Source: Fidelibacterota bacterium
GTDB lineage: Bacteria > Fidelibacterota > UBA2242
DNA: 29,564 nucleotides
NCBI GenBank assembly: GCA_049975265.1
Contig: JBNGDF010000029.1
Coordinates: 1 to 29,564, forward strand
Direction of reading: 5' to 3'
Below the pieces are notes generated by a model, which was not told where the DNA came from, searched no databases, and saw only the letters and a program-made list of their open reading frames with translations. The translations under genes were made by a program, and so were the position numbers. Of this stretch, positions 1 to 8,454 are shown in pieces; positions within the stretch are counted from its first letter, which is position 1, and every line of letters starts with the position of its first letter.

Positions 1-194
1 GTATCAAAATCGATATCACGCAGGATCAACTCTTTCTGATAGGTTGACAGATCTTCCGGAAGCGGCTCTTTTTTCCACACATTGTTTAAAATTCGTTCTC
101 TCTCAGTACGGATTTCGAGCAGCTTGCGCGTAAAGTCAGAACCACAATGTTCCTCTGCCAACTTGAGAACGTCGAATAAAAATTGTTTATTCAT
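1..194 (-). CDS. Hypothetical protein, N-terminal part only (runs off the left edge of the window)
   Basis: Not in the ORF track. Translated by hand from ATG at 194: MNKQFLFDVLKLAEEHCGSDFTRKLLEIRTERERILNNVWKKEPLPEDLSTYQKELILRDIDFD..., with no stop before the edge. A purine-rich GAGAGAGA stretch lies upstream, and it follows the co-oriented lipoprotein gene by 53 bp. Confidence 0.7.
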   Translation of the reverse strand, partial: MNKQFLFDVLKLAEEHCGSDFTRKLLEIRTERERILNNVWKKEPLPEDLSTYQKELILRDIDFD

Positions 195-247
195 TTATCT
201 CTCTCACAGTTAACATTTTTTTATCCCCACAGAACATATGATTCTGC

Positions 248-823
248 TTATATTCCCCAACCAAACCGAGTAAAATGGTCGATCTTGAAAGTGGCGGTTT
301 TCAAATCGTAATCGATGAGCATTTCCGCCTCAGCCGGGAGCCAATATTTGCCGTTGTCCTGGCTGTAATAGACTTTCAGATTCTCGATTAAATTTTCCGC
401 CCTCAAATCCAGGTGTTCCCAGGAGAGAGTTACCTCAACCATTTCGTTGAAGTTACCGCTGGGCAGGAATTCGACGTAAAACAGTTTCTGGCGATTTTGT
501 TTCACCTGGACAGTCACATAGGTATCTTCACTGACCGCATTGGGTGGGAAATTGACACTGTTGTTGTAAGTCTGAGGTCCACCGACGACACCCCCCTCAG
601 AAGCGGTGATCAGTTTACCATCAACTACGAATTTTTGCAGGGCGGTAAACTTTTCGGCGAATTCCGGTTTGGCTTCAATCCACTGAATATCGTCAACATG
701 GATGCCGACAGCCTGGACCGCATCGCCGGGGTTTGAGACACTGTTTTCGCTGCAGCCCATGATAAAAAGGGCAGCGGCAAAAATCAACAAACCCATCACT
801 GCAACTTGTCTTTTCATTTTCAT
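248..823 (-). CDS. Lipoprotein with ZU5-like beta-sandwich domain and C-terminal HFT motif
   Basis: Start moved from 871 to ATG 823 (RBS GAGGT upstream). Signal peptide MKMKRQVAVMGLLIFAAALFIMG-C has a lipobox-type Cys. ZU5-like motifs: 'ASEGGVV...VNFPPNAVSEDTYVTV', 'LPSGNFNEMVEVTL', 'VYYSQDNG..W', 'ATFKIDHFTRFG'. Confidence 0.75.
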   Translation of the reverse strand: MKMKRQVAVMGLLIFAAALFIMGCSENSVSNPGDAVQAVGIHVDDIQWIEAKPEFAEKFTALQKFVVDGKLITASEGGVVGGPQTYNNSVNFPPNAVSEDTYVTVQVKQNRQKLFYVEFLPSGNFNEMVEVTLSWEHLDLRAENLIENLKVYYSQDNGKYWLPAEAEMLIDYDLKTATFKIDHFTRFGWGI

Positions 824-876
824 AGCATACCTCACTAAATTTAAAAGGTTCACGATACTAAATACGGGCATCTAAG

Positions 877-892
877 TACAAATTACATACCA
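877..892 (-). promoter_or_regulatory. Putative sigma-54 (-24/-12) promoter for the lipoprotein gene
   Basis: Minus strand reads TGGTATG-TAAT-TTGTA against consensus TGGCACG-N4-TTGCW. GG-N10 spacing is correct but -12 is GT instead of GC. It lies ~55 bp upstream of the ATG and directly downstream of a sigma-54 activator gene. Confidence 0.5.
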
Positions 893-931
893 ATATACGG
901 TAAAATTGATGTGAAGTAAAATGAAATCTTT

Positions 932-952
932 TAAGTCCTTGTTTTAAAACAA
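932..952. promoter_or_regulatory. IHF-like AT-rich bending site with 14-bp palindrome
   Basis: Minus strand AAACAA-GGAC-TTA is one mismatch from WATCAA-N4-TTR. It overlaps the perfect palindrome TTGTTTTAAAACAA (939-952) and lies between the putative -24/-12 element and GC-rich upstream repeats. Confidence 0.35.
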
Positions 953-1077
953 TTAATCGTGATATTTTGTGATGCCGGGCACACTTTCCTGGCTGATCGT
1001 TTTGGATCATGCCGCCGTTTTTGGGCGATTTGAACTTACCCGGGGCAGAAAGCGGGGCATATCAACCAATTGAGGTG

Positions 1078-2439
1078 TCAGCATTTTATTTTGTATTTTT
1101 TCAGACGATACTTCAGGGTCTCCCGGGAAATGTTCAAAAGTCGGGCGGCTTTGGTTTTATTATGGTTTGCCTTATGAAGTGCCTGAATGATGAGTGACCG
1201 TTCGATATCATACAAAGAGACGCCCTGCTCAGGGATGGTAATCGGGGCGGGATCACCCGGTTTTTCCGCAGGACGCTCCGCTAAACTGATATTGTTGCCT
1301 GTTAGCAGCTCGCCCTCCTCGAAGAGAACCGCCCGCTCGATGATGTTTTTTAGTTCGCGGACGTTGCCGGGCCAGTGGTGATTCACCAGCTTTTTCTGCA
1401 GAGGTGCGGAGATGTCGCGGATATTCTTTTTAAATTCGTTGTTGTAAAATTTTAAAAAGTGCCGGGCCAGCAGCAGAACATCCTCTTTACGGTCCCGCAG
1501 GGGTGGCAGGGTGATTGAAGCGACGTTCAGGCGGTAGTAGAGGTCTTCCCGGAAACTACCGTCGGCGATGCACTGCTCAATGTCGCGGGAGGAAGCGCTG
1601 ATAATACGGGTATCCACCATAATCTCTTTGGTACCGCCAACCCGCCGGAAGGTCTGTTTTTCGAGAACCTTTAGAATTTTCGCCTGCAGTCCGGGAGCCA
1701 TATCACCGATTTCGTCCAGAAAAAAGGAGCCGTGATGCGCCAGTTCCAATAATCCCTTTTTACGGTGACTGGCGTTGGTAAAGGCGCCGGGTTCGTAGCC
1801 GAACAGCTCCGCTTCCAGCAGCGTCTCCTGAAAGGCGGAGCAGTTGATTTCGATAAAGGGCTTGTTACCGCGGTCGCTTTTAAAGTGAATCGCCCGGGCA
1901 ACGAGCTCTTTACCGGTGCCGGTTTCGCCGCGAATCAGAACCGTTGTTTTGGGCGTACCGGAGACCTGTTGAATGAACCGGAAAACCTCCTGCATCGGTT
2001 TGCTGTTTCCAATAATATCACCGAATCCGAAAATAGCCTCTTTCTGTTTCTGAAAGTATTCCAGCTGCTCATCCCGCTGCTTTTCCGATACAATTTTATC
2101 TACGATAATCAACAGTTCGTCAATGTTAAAAGGCTTGCAGATGTAATCGGTGGCGCCCAGTTTCATCGCCTGGACGGAGGTGTCGACATTGGCGTGACCG
2201 GTGATGACGACTACAGGAATATTGTATTTTTTCTGCCGCAGGGTTTTCAGGAAGCTGAGACCGTCCATACCGGGAAGCTTCAGGTCCAGAAAAATGAGAT
2301 CGGGCTCCTCTTTCTCGATGTAGTCAAGCGCATCCTCGGCAGTCATTAATGAAACGACATCATGACCGCCGGGAATCAGCAGGTCTTCAAAACTGCTGCG
2401 GATATATTTGTCGTCATCAACTACGATTATCGATGCCAT
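1078..2439 (-). CDS. Sigma-54-dependent response regulator (NtrC/AtoC family; REC-AAA+-Fis HTH)
   Basis: Receiver (VVDDD, FLDLKLP, ITGH, KPF), Walker A GETGTGKE, 'EAELFGYEPGAFTNA', Walker B FLDEIG, FREDLYYRLNV, WPGNVRELKN, C-terminal HTH 'NKTKAARLLNISRETLKYRLKK'. Confidence 0.96.
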   Translation of the reverse strand: MASIIVVDDDKYIRSSFEDLLIPGGHDVVSLMTAEDALDYIEKEEPDLIFLDLKLPGMDGLSFLKTLRQKKYNIPVVVITGHANVDTSVQAMKLGATDYICKPFNIDELLIIVDKIVSEKQRDEQLEYFQKQKEAIFGFGDIIGNSKPMQEVFRFIQQVSGTPKTTVLIRGETGTGKELVARAIHFKSDRGNKPFIEINCSAFQETLLEAELFGYEPGAFTNASHRKKGLLELAHHGSFFLDEIGDMAPGLQAKILKVLEKQTFRRVGGTKEIMVDTRIISASSRDIEQCIADGSFREDLYYRLNVASITLPPLRDRKEDVLLLARHFLKFYNNEFKKNIRDISAPLQKKLVNHHWPGNVRELKNIIERAVLFEEGELLTGNNISLAERPAEKPGDPAPITIPEQGVSLYDIERSLIIQALHKANHNKTKAARLLNISRETLKYRLKKYKIKC

Positions 2440-2493
2440 ATTTTACTCCAAAACGAGCGCCATCCTTATAATATTGATTCTTTTCGTGAAAAA

Positions 2494-5064
2494 TCAAAAC
2501 AATTGATGGGATTTCGAAAGTCCTTTTTCCGCTGCAAGTTCCGCCACAAGGTTTTTGATCTGCTCGACCTGAAAAGGTTTGGCGATCACCCGCTCCACAC
2601 CACACTCATTCAGGCGCTTCGGATCGAGTTGAGCGCCCCAACCGGTGATGAAAACGACAATGGAATCCGGAAAGCGTGCCTTGATGGCTTTGGACAGCTC
2701 CCAGCCCGACATATCCGGCATACCGAGGTCAGAGAAGATGATACGGATATCCGGTTCCTTTTCCAGAATCTCCAGAGCCGCTGCACCGGATTCGGCGGTC
2801 AGTACCTGATGGTGATACATTTCCAGAATATCTTTCAATAAAACCAGAGGGTCCTCCTCATCGTCTACCACCAGGATTTTGGTGCCGTACCGGTCTGCTG
2901 ATTGAAAAACCTGCGTAGATTTTTCCGGTTTAGGAGATTGCCGGTGGTTGTATTGGGGCAGACGGATTGTCACGGTGGTGCCCAGACTTGGGGTGCTGCT
3001 GACGTCGATTGTCCCGCTATGGCGATGGATAATGCCGAAACTGACGCTGAGCCCCAAGCCGGTGCCCCGGACCCCTTTCGTCGTGAAAAACGGGTCGAAG
3101 ATGCGTTTTAAGGTGTCGGCATCCATCCCGGTGCCGGTATCCTGAATGGTGATATTCACGCTACCGGACGCGGCAACGGTTTTACAGGTAATCGCTCCCC
3201 CGTCAGGCATGGCTTCGATGGCGTTCAGGATAATGTTTGTAAACACCTCGCGCATTTCGGAACCGTTGGCAAGTACGAGAGAGTTGCCCTTAAAATCGGT
3301 CTCGATTTGATACTTTATGCCCCGTTCGTCGGCATCGCTTTTCCAGCGGGTTTGGGTATATTTGATGGAATCGCGGATAATCTCGGTAACGTCGATAACG
3401 TCGAAGTCACGGTCCTTGCGCAGACGAGTAAATTCCTGGATGCGCCTGACCGTTTCGGCGCCGTCCATCGCTGCTTTTTCGATAATCTCCAGGCCGTGCA
3501 GGATTTCGGGATCGCCAACATCGCGTTTTAGCAGCTGGGCGCGTCCCAGGATAGCGCTCAGGACGTTGTTAAAATCGTGGGCGACGCCTCCTGCCATTTC
3601 TCCAAGGGCTCGCAGCTTTTCAGATTGCTGAAACTGCTCTTCGATTTTGTGTCGCTCTTCCTCCAGCTGTTTCAATTGTAAAAGCTGGGAGATGTGGTTG
3701 GCGAAAAGTTCCAGAGGTTTGACGGTTTCGTCGCTGGGTTTTTGACCGCTTTTGGAATCGTCCAGCGAGATCATACCGATGAAATCGCCGGACTTGTTTT
3801 TCAAGGCTACCAGCAGATTGTCTTCTCTGTGCCAACCGCCGGTCTGACCGGAATATTCCCGTTTTCCGTAATCCACGGTGTATTTACCGACCAGATGTTT
3901 CATGGTGTGAGGGATATAACAGGACTGATTGCCGAGCCGAACACCTTTCTCAAACAGGGCGATGTATTTTTCTATGGGTGCTTCAGCCTCTATGATCCGA
4001 CTGAGCGCCTCATTGGAGATACCGACATGTCCCAGAATCGTTCGATAAGGTGGTGCATCTTTAAATGTATAAAAGAGCACGCGGCTGAAATCGGAGATTT
4101 CCACAATGGCGTTGCTGATCCGTTGAAACAGCTCCTTTTCATCAGTAATAGTGATAATATCCGCCGATATTCGGCTGAACTGCTCGATCTGTGCCGATAG
4201 CGATTGGATTCGTTCTTGGAAAAGTTTTTGCTGGCTGATATCCCGGACAATCACCTGAACCAGGGTCTGCTCTTCTTCTGTTAGGAGTTTGGTGCAGATT
4301 TCCACATCGATCAGATGACCGTTTTTGTGACGGTTTTGAGCCTGCAGCCTGACGACGCCTTCCTGCTTCAACCGGTTGGTCAGAGCGGGCATTTTGGTGT
4401 AAATATTTTCTGGAATGAGCTGCTGAATATTCATGTTCAGGAATTCTGACTGACTGTAGCCCAGCATTTCGGAGGCGCGTTTATTTACCGCATGGATTTG
4501 ACCGTCCAGTGACTCGATAAAGATAGCGTCAAAGGCGTAGTCGAAGATATTACGGAAGCGATTCTCGCTCTTTTTTAATTTTTCCTGAGCCCTGAACTGG
4601 CTGGTGATATCCCGGTGGATCCCCCAGGCTTGGACGAGGTGGCGGTGTTCCAGGATACCAAACAGGTTAAGGATGTAGATCCGTTCCGGTCCATCGCCGG
4701 TAGTAAGACGGTATTCGACATTTTTCAGCTGGAAACCGCTGTGGATGAAGCTTTTTAATATCTCCCGGTTTTGGGGATCGTCGGTCTTGATCAGTTCGGA
4801 AAGCGGTGTTCCGATCAGATCGCCGGTTGAATTGCGATGGTGTATTTTGGCATAGGCAAGGTTGCAGTCGGCTAATATGCCGTGTTCAAGAATGCCCTGC
4901 ATTAGGTCCTCTTCCGGCAGATCCACCGGAAGAGGTTGAGTCGTTTCAAAGCACCATACGCCGTCGTCGCCGTAGTTAATGAGAGCGTTATAGCGCTGTT
5001 CGATTTTCGACAGGCGGTTCAGGTCGGGATTTTTATTGGAGGCTGATTTCCGTTTGGGCTGCAT
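2494..5064 (-). CDS. Cytoplasmic hybrid sensor histidine kinase (PAS-PAS-GAF-HisKA-HATPase-REC)
   Basis: PAS ends 'RDIT' and 'RDIS'; GAF-like segment; H-box GVAHDFNNVL; N-box FTNIILNAIEAM; G1 DTGTGM; F-box IFDPFFTTK; G2 GTGLGLSV; C-terminal receiver VVDDEED/FSDLGMP/KPF. No transmembrane segment seen. Confidence 0.95.
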   Translation of the reverse strand: MQPKRKSASNKNPDLNRLSKIEQRYNALINYGDDGVWCFETTQPLPVDLPEEDLMQGILEHGILADCNLAYAKIHHRNSTGDLIGTPLSELIKTDDPQNREILKSFIHSGFQLKNVEYRLTTGDGPERIYILNLFGILEHRHLVQAWGIHRDITSQFRAQEKLKKSENRFRNIFDYAFDAIFIESLDGQIHAVNKRASEMLGYSQSEFLNMNIQQLIPENIYTKMPALTNRLKQEGVVRLQAQNRHKNGHLIDVEICTKLLTEEEQTLVQVIVRDISQQKLFQERIQSLSAQIEQFSRISADIITITDEKELFQRISNAIVEISDFSRVLFYTFKDAPPYRTILGHVGISNEALSRIIEAEAPIEKYIALFEKGVRLGNQSCYIPHTMKHLVGKYTVDYGKREYSGQTGGWHREDNLLVALKNKSGDFIGMISLDDSKSGQKPSDETVKPLELFANHISQLLQLKQLEEERHKIEEQFQQSEKLRALGEMAGGVAHDFNNVLSAILGRAQLLKRDVGDPEILHGLEIIEKAAMDGAETVRRIQEFTRLRKDRDFDVIDVTEIIRDSIKYTQTRWKSDADERGIKYQIETDFKGNSLVLANGSEMREVFTNIILNAIEAMPDGGAITCKTVAASGSVNITIQDTGTGMDADTLKRIFDPFFTTKGVRGTGLGLSVSFGIIHRHSGTIDVSSTPSLGTTVTIRLPQYNHRQSPKPEKSTQVFQSADRYGTKILVVDDEEDPLVLLKDILEMYHHQVLTAESGAAALEILEKEPDIRIIFSDLGMPDMSGWELSKAIKARFPDSIVVFITGWGAQLDPKRLNECGVERVIAKPFQVEQIKNLVAELAAEKGLSKSHQLF

Positions 5065-5383
5065 TACTAATAATCAGGGCTACCTTGAATTTTAAATGTA
5101 AGTCTGTCGTGCACGCAATAACCTGCGGAAGGGCGATAATTTATCCCCAAATAATCGTTTTCCAAAGGGTAGGCGGTTGTAAATGAACGGCGCATGCAAA
5201 TATCCAACAGGACTTTTAACGTTGTAATAAAATGACCCCTGCGGGAATAATATACAAGAACCTGCTCTTTTTGGGAAGCAGAAATCAAAAAATGTGTCCC
5301 CGAGGGTATTTTTCATGGTAAATTATGATGAAACATAGTAAACTTTCGGGTTGATTTAAGAGCGATTCATTACTCAGGTTGAA

Positions 5384-6721
5384 ATGCGGGAAGTGTACGA
5401 TGTATTGATAATTGGTGCGGGTTCGGCGGGTCTGTTTGCCGCCGATCGCCTGGCGGAATCCGGCTTGAAGGTTATGGTGGTTGAACGCGGCGCTGAGCCG
5501 GAGAAGCGCCAGGACATGAATTTTGGAGTGGGGGGCGCGGGCACATTTTCCGACGGTAAATTGAACCTGACCCACCGCATCGGCGGCGATCCCGGCAGTT
5601 TTGGACGGACGGCGCGCGAAGTGGAAGCTTATATTGAAAAGATCGATTCTATTTTTACGGAGCTGGGTGTCCGGGGTGGTTATTCGGGTACCGATGGAAA
5701 ATCGCTGCAAGACCTGATGCGGATGGCGCATTCGGTGGGAGTGGATTTTATTTACGCCAAGCAGCGCCATATCGGGACGGATCGGCTGCACGTGGTTACG
5801 AATCATTTTTATAAGCGGCTGATGGCGCGGGGAATTAAATTCCGGGTCAATTTTCAAGTACTTTCGATCAAACGGAAGGGTGACACGTTTTTATTAAAAA
5901 ATGGTAACGAGACACTGGAAAGTCGGGCTGTGATTGCGGCGCCCGGACGGGCGGGTGCCTACTGGCTCCGGGAGCAGGCGAAGGTTCTGGACATAGAAAA
6001 TATGTACGGACCGATCGATGTGGGTATCCGGGTGGAATTTCCCGCCGATATTTACGCCGAAATCGCCAAAGTTATGTACGATGCCAAATTCCGGCTTTAC
6101 ACAAAATCCTACGACGATCTGGTGCGGACCTTCTGTACCAATCCAAACGGTTATATCGTCAAAGAGGAGTTTGATGATTTTGTGCTGGTGAATGGTCACG
6201 CCCGCCGGGATTCCAAGACAGACAACACCAATTTCGCGCTGCTGTCCCGGGTGACGCTCACCGATCCGGTGGAGGATACCACCAAATACGGGCGCGATAT
6301 CGCCCGTCTGGCGACGACAATCGGGGGCGGCAAACCGATATTGCAGCGGCTGCGGGATTTTGTCAACGGGCGCCGTTCTACCTGGGACCGGATCGGGAAA
6401 ACTGCCGTGTCGCCGACATTGACCGACGTGACGCCGGGCGACATTGCCATGGCATTTCCGCAACGGATCGTCACCAACCTGATGGAGGGATTGAGTGTTC
6501 TGAACCACATCATTTCCGGGTTGGAATCCAACAGCACGTTGCTGTATGCTCCGGAAATCAAGTTTTACGACACGAAATATAGGGTTTCCGCGAATATGGA
6601 GACCAATGTCCGGAATTTCTTTGTGGCGGGTGACGCCAGTGGTCACAGCCGGGGAATCATCTACTCGGCGGTGACGGGGATGCTGGCGGCTGAGGGTGTG
6701 ATCAACAATTTGAGACAGTGA
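5384..6721 (+). CDS. NAD(P)/FAD-dependent oxidoreductase (uncharacterised FAD-dependent dehydrogenase, COG2509-like)
   Basis: GAGSAG dinucleotide motif, GVGGAGTFSDGKL, RHIGTD, APGRAG, VDVGIRVE-like segment, RTFCTNP, VNGH, LLYAPEIKFY, FVAGDASG. Confidence 0.88.
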   Translation: MREVYDVLIIGAGSAGLFAADRLAESGLKVMVVERGAEPEKRQDMNFGVGGAGTFSDGKLNLTHRIGGDPGSFGRTAREVEAYIEKIDSIFTELGVRGGYSGTDGKSLQDLMRMAHSVGVDFIYAKQRHIGTDRLHVVTNHFYKRLMARGIKFRVNFQVLSIKRKGDTFLLKNGNETLESRAVIAAPGRAGAYWLREQAKVLDIENMYGPIDVGIRVEFPADIYAEIAKVMYDAKFRLYTKSYDDLVRTFCTNPNGYIVKEEFDDFVLVNGHARRDSKTDNTNFALLSRVTLTDPVEDTTKYGRDIARLATTIGGGKPILQRLRDFVNGRRSTWDRIGKTAVSPTLTDVTPGDIAMAFPQRIVTNLMEGLSVLNHIISGLESNSTLLYAPEIKFYDTKYRVSANMETNVRNFFVAGDASGHSRGIIYSAVTGMLAAEGVINNLRQ

Positions 6722-6725
6722 GGGG

Positions 6726-7865
6726 ATGATGGCGGAATTACTGAAAGAACAGAAATCAAAGCGCCTGGTGGCGCTGGACGTTTTCCGGGGAGCCACGATT
6801 GCGCTAATGATTATGGTGAATAATCCGGGCAGCTGGTCGCATATCTATGCACCGCTAAAGCATGCCAGCTGGTTCGGCTGTACGCCTACCGATCTGGTGT
6901 TTCCCTTTTTTCTGTTTATCGTCGGGGTGGCGATGTGGATCGCATTCACTAAATTTGAACACAAATTGACAGCGGATGCCGGTAAGAAGATTGTGCGCCG
7001 CACGATTCTGATCTTTGCCATCGGGCTCGGTCTGAATATGCTGCGCCCGGTGGACGGTTTTGCGGAAATAGTTACGGAGCTGAGGATACCCGGTGTTCTG
7101 CAACGCATTGCTTTGTGCTATGGTATTGCATCTGTGATGGTGCTAACCCTGAAAAAGAGACAGGTGCTTTGGATTTCCGGGGGTATGCTGGTTTTCTATT
7201 GGCTGCTGCTGGCGGCGACCGGCGGTTTTGCCATTCAGGATACGCTGGCGCGACGTTTCGATCTGTGGATTCTGGGGGAAAAGCATGTCTATCACGGGTA
7301 CGGAATGCCCTTTGATCCCGAAGGCATTCTCAGTACGATCCCGGCGATTGTCACCGTGATTTTCGGGTATTTTACCGGCAGTATGATCCGGGCGGAAAGC
7401 GACCAGAAGATTTTGGTCAAAAAGATGTTGATCCGGGGCGGGCTCTTCACCATCGGCGGTCTGTTCTGGGGACTTTTCTTCCCCATCGGTAAGCCGCTCT
7501 GGACCAGCTCCTATGTTCTGTATACCGGCGGATTGGCGATGATGGTGCTGGGGCTTGCAATTCTGTTTATTGATGTGCTTGGCTATAAGCAATGGACAAA
7601 ACCGCTGGTGGTATTCGGGGCCAATCCGCTGTTTATCTTTGTCTTTTCTGGATTGGTGGCAAAGGCGATGATCTATCTGGTACGCTGGGAGAGTGCCGCG
7701 GGAGATGTAATTACCCTGCAACGCTGGCTGTACGAAAGGGTCTTTGTGCCGTTGGCTGGCGGCAGTTTGATCGACGGGTCGCTGCTGTTTGCACTAACCC
7801 TGATCGTTATATACTGGCTCATTTGTGACATTTTGTATCGCAAGAGGATTTTCATAAAAATATGA
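6726..7865 (+). CDS. Heparan-alpha-glucosaminide N-acetyltransferase-like membrane protein (HGSNAT/NagX/DUF5009 family)
   Basis: RLVALDVFRG, MIMVNNPG, LKHASWFGCTPTDLVFPFFLFIVG (carries the His equivalent of the HGSNAT KHASW motif), RIPGVLQRI, DPEGILS, KPLWTSSY; multiple TM helices. Confidence 0.9.
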   Translation: MMAELLKEQKSKRLVALDVFRGATIALMIMVNNPGSWSHIYAPLKHASWFGCTPTDLVFPFFLFIVGVAMWIAFTKFEHKLTADAGKKIVRRTILIFAIGLGLNMLRPVDGFAEIVTELRIPGVLQRIALCYGIASVMVLTLKKRQVLWISGGMLVFYWLLLAATGGFAIQDTLARRFDLWILGEKHVYHGYGMPFDPEGILSTIPAIVTVIFGYFTGSMIRAESDQKILVKKMLIRGGLFTIGGLFWGLFFPIGKPLWTSSYVLYTGGLAMMVLGLAILFIDVLGYKQWTKPLVVFGANPLFIFVFSGLVAKAMIYLVRWESAAGDVITLQRWLYERVFVPLAGGSLIDGSLLFALTLIVIYWLICDILYRKRIFIKI

Positions 7866-7886
7866 TATAGTGATGGCATATTCCTG

Positions 7887-8378
7887 ATGAAAAAGAATGA
7901 CCTAAAAGATGGGAAATGGCTGGACGATATTCTGTCATCGGAGCTTACCCTGCCGGATAAGCTGCGGCGGATATGTGATACGCTGGCGGCAGGGAAGCCG
8001 CATTATGACTGGGTCGGATTTTATCTGGCTGACAACGCTACAGAAACGCTGCGGCTCGGACCTTATCGGGGAGCACCGACGAAGCATGTTCGGATTCAAT
8101 TTGGGCGGGGCGTCTGCGGGCGGGCGGCGCTGTCAGGGAAAACCCTTCTGATTCAGGATGTCAACCAGGAAACAAATTATTTGGCTTGCAGCATCGCTGT
8201 CCAATCTGAGATCGTGGTACCCATTTTACATAATGGGTGCCTGACAGCCGTGTTGGATATTGATTCTCACAAAAAAAGTGCGTTCAGCACGGACGATCGG
8301 GTCTTTCTGGAACGACTCAGTGCCCGGATCGCCCCTCTGTTTGCCGGCGATTTTGCGGAAACAAAATGCCGCGATTGA
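7887..8378 (+). CDS. msrC: GAF-domain free methionine-(R)-sulfoxide reductase (fRMsr)
   Basis: DWVGFYL, LGPYRG, GRGVCG, YLACS, SEIVVPI, VLDIDS..F motifs. Confidence 0.85.
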   Translation: MKKNDLKDGKWLDDILSSELTLPDKLRRICDTLAAGKPHYDWVGFYLADNATETLRLGPYRGAPTKHVRIQFGRGVCGRAALSGKTLLIQDVNQETNYLACSIAVQSEIVVPILHNGCLTAVLDIDSHKKSAFSTDDRVFLERLSARIAPLFAGDFAETKCRD

Positions 8379-8454
8379 TGTTAGACAAAGGGTAGACGGG
8401 AAGCGTGGAAATTGTATGATAACCGGAACCGAAAAAAGCAAGAAGGATGAAAGT

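Noticed and set aside
5065..5383. Small ORFs or an ncRNA in the divergent intergenic region
   Set aside because: No convincing RBS, coding signal or stable structure; most simply a divergent promoter region.
5894..6796. 300-aa minus-strand ORF
   Set aside because: Antisense shadow of the well-supported FAD oxidoreductase; no recognisable motifs.
8260..8454. N-terminal extension of the S41 protease ORF
   Set aside because: Overlaps msrC; a better RBS and signal anchor begin at GTG 8455.
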